Part shown: one piece after another, positions 56,557-64,000 of the stretch
How the letters are laid out: each line of letters opens with the position of its first letter
Position numbering within the stretch: position 1 is the first letter of the stretch
NCBI GenBank assembly: GCA_964447905.1
Contig: CAYUUK010000002.1
Coordinates: forward strand, 21,176-85,175
DNA from: an uncultured Pseudomonadales bacterium
Lineage (GTDB): Bacteria > Patescibacteriota > Microgenomatia > UBA1400 > UBA1396
DNA length: 64,000 nt
Direction of reading: 5' to 3'
Notes under the pieces: generated by a model
Databases searched by the model: none
The model's input: the letters and a program-made list of their open reading frames with translations, nothing else
What the model was told of the DNA's origin: nothing
Made by a program: the position numbers and the translations under genes

Positions 56557-57792
56557 ATGAAAAAACAGTGGCCCCTGAAGCGACTGATATCGAGTAGTTT
56601 ACTGACCCTGCTGAGCCTATTCGGCTTCTTGTCTGTGGCCGTGCAGCCAGCGTGGGCCCAAAGTTGTTCATTTACGGTGAGTGGTGCGCAAGATGGCGCT
56701 GTTCAACTCACGCATACTAATCAATCCGTCTACATCACCATTCAAAATGCTGAGATAAATGGCGAGCTCATTAACGCCCCTGATGATGCAGCTTTTTACA
56801 TTAACGTTCCAGAAGCTGGGCGAGTAGGGCGCCGATACTACATACCATCGAGCCTTGTGAACAATGGAGTTATCACTACTTCCTTACAGAACGACTCTGC
56901 AGGCACCTATCTCTTTGATCCCAACCAAAGTCATACCTTGCAATTGGTACGTGACTGGGGTCCTGCCACCAACCACACGGTGGTTTGTGAAGCGAACGCT
57001 ATCGTCGTGCGAGGAAACTCCGATCAGTGTACGATCACTCACCAGGTCACAAAAAATCCTGATGGAAACTTTAACCTCGGTATTACCGTTAACACCACCC
57101 AACTAGACCGCAATAGTGGCTACTACCTTACTCTCGATACCGGTCTCCTCAATGCCGTGAATCAATACTTTGAACCAGAAAGTAATGGGTTTTCATTCGT
57201 TCAACCGCTCGATGCTTCGTATGCTAACCGCACTTTCCAGCTCTATGTTCGCCCTTCCTCTTGTCTTGAATTCAGCGGTGGGGCGTGTGCGGTTACCGGT
57301 TGTAGCGCCATGGTCACATTTCCAGAAAGTGCTCCGGTAGTTCCAATCAACTACGAAACCGCTGATGGTATCGAAGACGTTAACCCAGATGCGGTGCCGG
57401 TTATGGGTGGCCGAATTGCTACGCAAGGATTCGAGTACTGTTTGCAGGTGCCAGATGGACGCCAACGTGAAGCCTGTAACCGCTGTTATAGCGAAGCCGA
57501 CGCAGAAGGTGACCGCGTGTACACCGCACTCGGCTGTGTGCGTACTAACGGAGCCGGTCTGACCCGCGATGTAGTACGTGTGTTTATGGGAGTTGCCGGT
57601 GGAGTAGCGTTCTTCTCAATACTCTCTGCCGCCTTCATGTTCAGCTTATCTCAGGGAGACACCAATAAAGTAAAACAAGCACGTGAGCTCCTCACCGCGG
57701 CAGTCAGTGGACTCTTCTTTATTATTCTCTCAATCTTTATTCTTCAGTTCATTGGAGTCAATATTCTCGGTATTCCAGGTTTAAGCAGTTAA
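56557..57792 (+). CDS. secreted Cys-containing protein with a C-terminal double-TM hairpin resembling VirB2/TrbC-type pilins
   Basis: Signal peptide (MKKQWPLKRLISSSLLTLLSLFGFLSVAVQPAWA), a roughly 300-aa extracellular domain with about 10 Cys, and a C-terminus GVAGGVAFFSILSAAFMFSLSQGDTNKVKQARELLTAAVSGLFFIILSIFILQFIGV (two hydrophobic helices separated by a short polar loop). Confidence 0.45.
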   Translation: MKKQWPLKRLISSSLLTLLSLFGFLSVAVQPAWAQSCSFTVSGAQDGAVQLTHTNQSVYITIQNAEINGELINAPDDAAFYINVPEAGRVGRRYYIPSSLVNNGVITTSLQNDSAGTYLFDPNQSHTLQLVRDWGPATNHTVVCEANAIVVRGNSDQCTITHQVTKNPDGNFNLGITVNTTQLDRNSGYYLTLDTGLLNAVNQYFEPESNGFSFVQPLDASYANRTFQLYVRPSSCLEFSGGACAVTGCSAMVTFPESAPVVPINYETADGIEDVNPDAVPVMGGRIATQGFEYCLQVPDGRQREACNRCYSEADAEGDRVYTALGCVRTNGAGLTRDVVRVFMGVAGGVAFFSILSAAFMFSLSQGDTNKVKQARELLTAAVSGLFFIILSIFILQFIGVNILGIPGLSS

Positions 57793-57853
57793 CACCTACG
57801 CATAAGTCGGTATTACAAAAAAAAGAACTGGCCAATACCAGTTCTTCTTTGTT

Positions 57854-57938
57854 TGGTGCCCAGGAGAGGAATCGAACCTCCACGGATTGCTCCACACGGT
57901 TCTAAGCCGAGCGCGTCTACCAGTTCCGCCACCTGGGC
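57854..57938 (-). tRNA. tRNA-Leu (anticodon TAG), type II with a long variable arm; CCA encoded
   Basis: The reverse complement reads GCCCAGGTGGCGGAACTGGTAGACGCGCTCGGCTTAGAACCGTG[variable arm]GGTTCGATTCCTCTCCTGGGCACCA. The anticodon loop is CTTAGAA. Confidence 0.8.
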
Positions 57939-58087
57939 ACAGTTCCTTTTTTGCTCTACACAATAAGGTCTCCCTATTATATACCGCGTCTAGCCAAGAA
58001 CAAATTCATTTTAAAGACACTTGGTTGCCTGGATGAAAGAGAAAACTGCTAGATTCACGCCGCAAAGACATGTATAGTGAAGGTACT

Positions 58088-60388
58088 ATGACGAGTTCTG
58101 CCCATCCCTCGATCTTATGGTTTGCTGATATCGACAAAAACGACATCGGAAAAGTTGGCGGTAAAGGTGCCAATCTTGGAGAAATGGTTCAAGCAAAGTT
58201 TCCGGTGCCCGACGGTTTTGTTGTCACGGCTCAAGCCTTCTTTGCTTTCATAAAAGAAACCGAGTTAGAGCCGAAAATACGAGCTATCCTCGAACCACTT
58301 GATACCAACGACTCCCGTGCCTTGCAGACCGCCGCCAAAAAAGTTCAAGAACTCATTTTAGAGGCGAAATTTCCGGAGAAACTTTCTACTGAAATTGCCT
58401 CCGCATACAAAAAACTGGGCAAAAACACCGAAGTTGCCATCCGCTCTTCAGCCACGGCAGAAGATTTACCTGATGCCTCATTTGCAGGGCAACAGGCCAC
58501 ATTTTTGAACATCTCTGGAGAGAAAAGTGTTCTCACCCATGTCCAGAAGGCGTGGGCGTCACTGTTTGAAGCGCGGGCGATTTTTTATCGCACCAATCAA
58601 GGTTTTGACCACTTCAAGGTAGGTATTGCCGTGCCAGTGCAAAAAATGGTGCAGTCCGATGTCTCTGGCGTGATGTTCTCGATTAACCCCGTGAACAATG
58701 ACGCCCACACAGTAGTGATTGAGGCTATCTGGGGACTGGGCGAAAATATTGTGCAGGGCATCGTTACTCCAGATCACTATGAAGTAGAAAAAGGCACATG
58801 GGAAATCCTCACTACACAAGTCATTGACCAAAAAAAAGAAATGGTCCGTAAAAACGGTAAGACGAAGGACTACCCGGTTCCTCGCAGCCGCGTAAAAAAG
58901 AAGAAAATCACCCAAGACCAAATGGTCCAGTTGGCGAAATACGCCACCAAACTGCAACAACACTACCGGAAACCGCAAGATATAGAGTGGGCAATTGAAA
59001 ATGGAGAAATATTTATTGTCCAAACTCGGCCAATTACCACGGTCAACGCCGTGCAGCAGCACACTGCAGCCATGTCCAAACTCGAAGGTTTGCTCGAACA
59101 AATGAAGCTCATCTTGGAAGGGGAAGGTGCTTCACCAGGAATTATTTCCGGCACCGTCCGCCACATCCCCACGCCAGAGGATATTCACAAACTCAAAGTT
59201 GGCGAAATCATGGTCACCGACATGACTACTCCCGACTTCGTGCCAGCTATGAAAAAGGCTGGCGGACTTATCACCAATCGCGGTGGTCAAACCTCTCATG
59301 CTGCTATCGTATCCCGTGAACTCGGCTTGCCATGTATTGTCGGCACCAATACCGCTACAAAAACACTGAAAACTGGAAAAAAAGTCACCCTCAATGGCCA
59401 AAGTGGACAAGTGTATGATGGCGAGCTTGATCATAAGCTTTTAGAAGACGCCAAGAAAGCAAAAGAGTCCGCAGAAAAAGCCCGTACTGCTGAGAAAATC
59501 CGCACGGTCACCAAAGTCTATGTAAACTTGGCCGAACCAGAGCTGGCCGAACAAGTCGCTGCTCGCCATGTTGACGGTATTGGACTTCTCCGAGCTGAGT
59601 TTATTATTGCTCAGCTTGGCTATCATCCAAAAAAGTTAATTGAAGAAAAGAAAGAAAAGGTATTTGTTCGCCATTTAGTGAAAAATATCTCCGCTTTCTG
59701 CGAGCCATTTGGTGATCGACCAGTGGTGTATCGTGCCACTGACTTCAAAACAAACGAGTACCGCCACCTCACTGGTGGAGCCAAGTATGAGCCAGAAGAG
59801 GAAAATCCTCTTATTGGCTACCGCGGCTGCTATCGATATATTACCGACCGCAAAGTGTTTGAGCTCGAGCTTGAAGCAATCAAACAGGTCAGAGAAAAAT
59901 ACAAAAATCTCTGGATTATGATTCCATTCGTCCGCTCGGTGCCTGAGTTCCAAGAGGTCAGTACAATGATCTATAACTCAGGTCTGCGCCGAAGCAGTAC
60001 CTTTAAGCTCTGGATGATGGCCGAAATTCCAGAAAATGTGATCATGATCGACGACTACATTGATGCCGGTATCGATGGCATCTCAATCGGAACCAACGAC
60101 TTGACCATGCTCATTTTGGGAACAGACCGCGACAACGAAAACGTGGCCAAAGAGTATGATGAGCGACACCCAGCTGTTCGCTGGGCCCTGGAGAGACTGA
60201 TTCGCAAGTGTCGTGTGCGAGGAGTAACGGTATCGGTATGTGGTCAAGGACCATCCACCTATCAAGAGTTAGCGGAAGACATGGTAGAGTGGGGTGTCAC
60301 TTCACTTTCCGTCAGCCCCGATGCTATCGAAAGTACGCGTGAACTCATCTCGGAGACCGAAGCAAGAATTGCAAAAAAACGAAAATAA
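58088..60388 (+). CDS. ppsA: phosphoenolpyruvate synthase (pyruvate, water dikinase)-like PEP-utilising enzyme
   Basis: ATP-grasp N-domain (GGKGANLGEM), a mobile phosphohistidine domain (TNRGGQTSHAAIVSRELGLPCIVG), and a C-terminal PEP-utilising TIM barrel (GISIGTNDLTML). Confidence 0.7.
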   Translation: MTSSAHPSILWFADIDKNDIGKVGGKGANLGEMVQAKFPVPDGFVVTAQAFFAFIKETELEPKIRAILEPLDTNDSRALQTAAKKVQELILEAKFPEKLSTEIASAYKKLGKNTEVAIRSSATAEDLPDASFAGQQATFLNISGEKSVLTHVQKAWASLFEARAIFYRTNQGFDHFKVGIAVPVQKMVQSDVSGVMFSINPVNNDAHTVVIEAIWGLGENIVQGIVTPDHYEVEKGTWEILTTQVIDQKKEMVRKNGKTKDYPVPRSRVKKKKITQDQMVQLAKYATKLQQHYRKPQDIEWAIENGEIFIVQTRPITTVNAVQQHTAAMSKLEGLLEQMKLILEGEGASPGIISGTVRHIPTPEDIHKLKVGEIMVTDMTTPDFVPAMKKAGGLITNRGGQTSHAAIVSRELGLPCIVGTNTATKTLKTGKKVTLNGQSGQVYDGELDHKLLEDAKKAKESAEKARTAEKIRTVTKVYVNLAEPELAEQVAARHVDGIGLLRAEFIIAQLGYHPKKLIEEKKEKVFVRHLVKNISAFCEPFGDRPVVYRATDFKTNEYRHLTGGAKYEPEEENPLIGYRGCYRYITDRKVFELELEAIKQVREKYKNLWIMIPFVRSVPEFQEVSTMIYNSGLRRSSTFKLWMMAEIPENVIMIDDYIDAGIDGISIGTNDLTMLILGTDRDNENVAKEYDERHPAVRWALERLIRKCRVRGVTVSVCGQGPSTYQELAEDMVEWGVTSLSVSPDAIESTRELISETEARIAKKRK

Positions 60389-60428
60389 TCATCGATACAA
60401 CTGAAGAGATCTACTGAATTACAACCAT

Positions 60429-62573
60429 ATGGCCAGCATTGCAAACATTACCGCTCGACAAATATTTGACTCTCGGGGGATTCCTACCGTCGAGGTCACC
60501 GTGGAACTCAACACCGGCGTAACAGCCACTTCGTCTTCACCTTCTGGCTATATCGCCAACGAGCTCGAAGCGCAAGAACTGCGCGATGGAAACAGCGCTG
60601 AGTTCTTTGGTCTCGGGGTGCGAAATGCCGTAAATAATGTCAATACCGTTATCCGTGAAGCGCTCGTTGGAAAGGACCCGCTCTACCAAACGCAAATAGA
60701 TCAAATTTTGGTCAATCTTGATGGTACGACCAACAAATCGAAGTTGGGAGCGAACGCTATCTTAGCTACCTCCCAAGCGGTCATGAAAGCCGCGGCAACT
60801 TCTCTCAAACTGCCCCTCTTTGTCTATATCAAAGAAAAGTACCAGCTTATCCAGTCGTACCGGGTGCCAACACCTATCTTTAACCTCATAAATGGCGGCG
60901 CGCACGGGTCCGGAACGCTCGATTTTCAAGAGTTTCAACTGGTCCCTGCCAGCCACCTCAACTACAGTAAAGCCTTGCAAATAGGGGTGGAGATGTTCAT
61001 GGCACTCGAGAAAGTGCTGGAACAAAAAGGGGCCATCCGAGCTGTAGGCGTTGAGGGCGGGTACTCACCAAACTTAGCCACCAACACCGACGCACTGGAG
61101 ATTTTCTCTGAGGCCATCAAACTCACTCCATATGCACTCGCTAAAGATGCTTTCTTGGGTCTCGATGTGGCCCCACGTAACTTCTACCGAAATAGTAAAT
61201 ACACTATTAAAGACCGCCCGCAACCCATGAAGGCGCGTGAACTTGTGCAGTTCTACAAGGACTTGCACCACCAGTACCGCGTCTTTTCCTTCGAAGATCC
61301 GCTTATGCCAGACACCTGGTCTGACTGGAAATTCATGACGGCCGAGATGGGGCAAACCGCCATGATTGTGGCTGATGATTTGATCAGCACCAATAAAACC
61401 CTTCTCATGAAGGCAATTCAAGAAGGAGCCTGTAACGCCGTCGTTATTAAACCGAATCGTATTGGTACTGTAACCGAAGCAATTGAGATCACCCACCTAG
61501 CGCGGGAAAACGGGTGGCACACGATCATGTCGCACCGTTCTGGTGAAACTACCGATGACTTCATAGCTGACTTGGCCGTTGGCATTGGCACGGAGTACGT
61601 TAAATTTGGCGCTCCCTCACGCGGTGAGCGAGTCGTGAAATACAATCGACTTTTACGAATCGAAGAAATTTTGCTACGATCAAGGAAATCAGACTCTCCA
61701 ACAGATACACAGAGTGCTGGACCTACAAACACGACAGAGGGGAACCCTATGAACATGAGCAACGACAACGGCAGCAACGTGAGCCCATTAGACGGCAGCG
61801 CCAGTGCTTCCACTCCTCCCACCAATGATACGCCAACCACCAGCTCACCTGGTCAGACAGCACCAACACCCACAGTAACCACCGACCAAACTCCATCCAT
61901 GCCACCAGCGCCCGCTGCACCACAAGGCACCAGTCAGGCCACCAACATGGCCGCTGCTGGCACGCCACAACCAGCGGTTGCTCCAACACCGACCCCACAA
62001 CAAAACCCAGCGGAAAACACTGCACCAGGCATGGCTGCTCCTCAACCAACAAGCAACCCACTCGCCACTCCTTCCGCAGCCACAACACCCAAACCAGGGC
62101 CAACACTTGATACAACTCCAGCTCCAGATGGCGCTGCTTCACTGCAGCCAGCGTCTCAGGTTCCCCCCACTAACGTCCAAGCAACCGCACCGGCACCAAC
62201 TTCACCCACTCCTGACGCTCTTGGTTCAATGCCACCAACCGCGCCAGTGGGTACTGAGTCAGGTGCTCCAGCAGCCCCAGCGAACCTAGCTGCTCCGGAA
62301 AGCGCAGGAAATGACGTAAACGATCTTCAAAACAGCATTAACGAACTCGCCAACATGGTGGCCACTCCAGGAGCCGCACCAGAACCTCAACCGACAACCA
62401 CACAGCCAACAGCGGCACCTGCCACGCCAACTCCGGCGCCAACACCAACCGCTCCAGCAGCAGCGAGCCCGGTCACCGCAACACCAACTACTCCACAACC
62501 AGGAGTACAGTCACCTGCAGAGCAACCAGCACAAGCAAACGGTCTCACTCCACCAACGCCACCGCAACAATAA
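60429..62573 (+). CDS. eno: enolase fused to a roughly 290-aa Pro/Thr/Ala-rich low-complexity C-terminal extension
   Basis: Residues 1 to about 425 are enolase (ARQIFDSRGIPTVEV, SHRSGETTDDFIADLAVG, KFGAPSRGERVVKYNRLLRIEE). The same frame then continues with no stop through PTNTTEGNPM...TPTPAPTPTAPAAASPV...PPTPPQQ*. Confidence 0.85.
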   Translation: MASIANITARQIFDSRGIPTVEVTVELNTGVTATSSSPSGYIANELEAQELRDGNSAEFFGLGVRNAVNNVNTVIREALVGKDPLYQTQIDQILVNLDGTTNKSKLGANAILATSQAVMKAAATSLKLPLFVYIKEKYQLIQSYRVPTPIFNLINGGAHGSGTLDFQEFQLVPASHLNYSKALQIGVEMFMALEKVLEQKGAIRAVGVEGGYSPNLATNTDALEIFSEAIKLTPYALAKDAFLGLDVAPRNFYRNSKYTIKDRPQPMKARELVQFYKDLHHQYRVFSFEDPLMPDTWSDWKFMTAEMGQTAMIVADDLISTNKTLLMKAIQEGACNAVVIKPNRIGTVTEAIEITHLARENGWHTIMSHRSGETTDDFIADLAVGIGTEYVKFGAPSRGERVVKYNRLLRIEEILLRSRKSDSPTDTQSAGPTNTTEGNPMNMSNDNGSNVSPLDGSASASTPPTNDTPTTSSPGQTAPTPTVTTDQTPSMPPAPAAPQGTSQATNMAAAGTPQPAVAPTPTPQQNPAENTAPGMAAPQPTSNPLATPSAATTPKPGPTLDTTPAPDGAASLQPASQVPPTNVQATAPAPTSPTPDALGSMPPTAPVGTESGAPAAPANLAAPESAGNDVNDLQNSINELANMVATPGAAPEPQPTTTQPTAAPATPTPAPTPTAPAAASPVTATPTTPQPGVQSPAEQPAQANGLTPPTPPQQ

Positions 62574-62617
62574 TGCGTTTGCGTTGTCTATGTCTATGGG
62601 AGAGAAGAGAGCAGTAT

Positions 62618-62980
62618 TTAGCTGTTTAAATGCAGTGCTAAAGATTTTAAGAACTCTTTGAGTCGGTAGTCACTGTCTATTGACCAGAACTCTTCTTTGT
62701 AACCAGAACTGTTGTGATTAAAAAGCTCGATATAACAGAGTGGTTCGCGGCGAATTTTGTGGCGACGATAGAGTTCAACAACGTCACGATTCCGAGCGTA
62801 GCTCTCGGTGTCCCGCTTTACGTTTATAAACCGATAGTCAACGCTGTAGCGCAGTTGAATACGAACAGCATCGTTGTACACAAGCTCATTATGCAGTTCG
62901 GTGGTACGAGCATTCTCCCAATCAAGTTCTGGATGGCGCCAATAGAACACATAGAGTTTTCGTACATTTCCACTTTTCAT
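62618..62980 (-). CDS. hypothetical 120-aa basic protein, convergent with eno
   Basis: ORF with no recognisable motif (MKSGNVRKLYVFYWRHPELDWENARTTELHNEL...). Lower GC than the neighbours. Confidence 0.3.
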   Translation of the reverse strand: MKSGNVRKLYVFYWRHPELDWENARTTELHNELVYNDAVRIQLRYSVDYRFINVKRDTESYARNRDVVELYRRHKIRREPLCYIELFNHNSSGYKEEFWSIDSDYRLKEFLKSLALHLNS

Positions 62981-63051
62981 AGCATCATTATAGCGGCTTG
63001 AGAGAGTTCACTCAGGTGGAATATTCGGCTCTGCAAGCCGGAATCACAAAC

Positions 63052-63060
63052 TGCTATAAT
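63052..63060 (+). promoter_or_regulatory. extended -10 TGCTATAAT 6 nt upstream of the ATG at 63067; leaderless arrangement
   Basis: TGnTATAAT read directly from the sequence. Confidence 0.45.
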
Positions 63061-63066
63061 AGTGGC

Positions 63067-63765
63067 ATGGAATTCGATCGCCTCGTGGTAGGTTTTTTTG
63101 TTGACGAAATGGTAGGTGGCTTCTTTATTTCGGTGCCACCAGGACATATTGCGTGTGTTTATGATCGCGGACGGGGAGTTTTACCCAAGATTTGGGGCCC
63201 TGGTTTACACCTCAAGATACCTTTCTGGCAAGTTGCCAAACTCTTTAATGCTCAAATCCTCGAGTATGCTATTCGCCGCGGCTTTGATCTCTCACGCAAT
63301 CGCGAAGATCTCGGTGACGAAGCCATCATTACGCAAACTGCCGACAAGCAAAATATTGAGATCGAAGGTTCCATTTTATTCCGCATTGATAAAAACAACG
63401 CGCCTGAACTTTGGGAAAATATTGGTGAGCGCTTTGTTTCTAAGATGGTACGCCCAATTTCTCGCTCCCGCATTGCGGCTGTATTCTCTCAACTGACAGT
63501 TGATCAGATTTCCGAAAACCGTACCGCTGTCGAAGAAAGAGTGAAGCAAGAACTTACTTCGAATTTCAGTAACAAAGGTATTAACTGTGAAGGTTTCTTG
63601 CTCTCAGAGGTTCGCGTCCTCAACGGACAGGGAAGCGATAACGTCATTGTGCAAGAAGATATCACTATTCAACCGGCTCAACACACGCAAGAAGAGCACT
63701 TCAGCGCACAGGCCTCACACAGCCAGAATATCTACGACAACAGCCCTTCTTCCCGAAACGAATAA
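63067..63765 (+). CDS. SPFH/band-7 domain protein (stomatin/prohibitin/HflC-like)
   Basis: N-terminal hydrophobic segment, then an SPFH core (GPGLHLKIPFWQV...ITQTADKQNIEIEGSILFRIDK...). The ORF track shows 62998, but the ATG at 63067 follows a -10. Confidence 0.65.
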   Translation: MEFDRLVVGFFVDEMVGGFFISVPPGHIACVYDRGRGVLPKIWGPGLHLKIPFWQVAKLFNAQILEYAIRRGFDLSRNREDLGDEAIITQTADKQNIEIEGSILFRIDKNNAPELWENIGERFVSKMVRPISRSRIAAVFSQLTVDQISENRTAVEERVKQELTSNFSNKGINCEGFLLSEVRVLNGQGSDNVIVQEDITIQPAQHTQEEHFSAQASHSQNIYDNSPSSRNE

Positions 63766-64000
63766 GTTTTTTCACCACTGATAATTACGTGATCTCGAAC
63801 CCAGATGCCAAGGAGTTGGGCGGCCGCGTTTACCCGCGTAGTAAACACTTTATCTGGTGCTGAGGCCGCCACATTCCCAGACGGATGGTTATGGCACAAA
63901 ACCAAAGAGTCCACAGGATGCCAGCGAATCGGGAAAAATATTTCGCGTGGTGAAACGGTCACCATATTCATGCCACCGAGGGCAATATCTTCCTGATGCA
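63732..64000 (-). CDS. radC: RadC-like JAB/MPN-domain protein, C-terminal part; the 5' end lies beyond the window
   Basis: HNHPSG...PS..D...T.RV..AAQLLGIWVRDHVIISGEK matches the RadC JAMM motif (HNHPSG). The frame is open to the window edge. Confidence 0.6.
   Translation of the reverse strand, partial: HQEDIALGGMNMVTVSPREIFFPIRWHPVDSLVLCHNHPSGNVAASAPDKVFTTRVNAAAQLLGIWVRDHVIISGEKTYSFREEGLLS

Noticed and set aside
62574-62617. Imperfect inverted repeat TTTAGCTG...CAGTGCTAAA between the convergent eno and 62618 ORF, considered as a terminator
   Set aside because: The arms do not match perfectly and there is no clear U-tract. It is noted only as a possible weak bidirectional terminator.

Overview
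This is a dense, almost entirely coding bacterial chromosomal segment of about 50% GC. The gene content points to a reduced-genome, monoderm (Gram-positive-type) organism, most consistent with a CPR/Saccharibacteria-like lineage, though that lineage call is an inference. The supporting observations are an LPXTG surface protein with a sortase at the 5' edge, a complete 14-kb type IV pilus locus with no secretin, a short trigger factor, and an acpP remnant left between rpmF and rnc where fatty-acid synthesis genes normally sit.

The recognisable core genes are greA, tig, thrS, infC-rpmI-rplT, pheST, a class A PBP, recG, rpmF, nusB, rnc, rpsP, sufCB with a SufD-like gene, prs, serS, pyrG, rplS, a split transketolase, yidC, mraY, glmS, murD, ftsW, a PEP synthase, an enolase carrying a long Pro/Thr-rich tail, and two tRNAs (Val-GAC and Leu-TAG).

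The stretches that look accessory or unusual are:
- a low-GC island between serS and pyrG carrying decayed IS1595-family transposase fragments and two overlapping small ORFs of unknown function;
- a Cys-rich membrane protein inside the pilus operon;
- a lytic-transglycosylase gene followed by a secreted protein whose C-terminus is a VirB2/TrbC-like helical hairpin;
- a TagD-like cytidylyltransferase overlapping a LicD-like nucleotidyltransferase;
- a frameshifted VanW-like gene;
- a 385-nt glmS leader with partial similarity to the glmS ribozyme core.

The strongest recurring signal is leaderless transcription: many genes have a TAnAAT -10 hexamer, often with an extended TG, ending 6-9 nt upstream of the ATG. 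infC appears to start at AUU. No CRISPR array, prophage or rRNA was seen.
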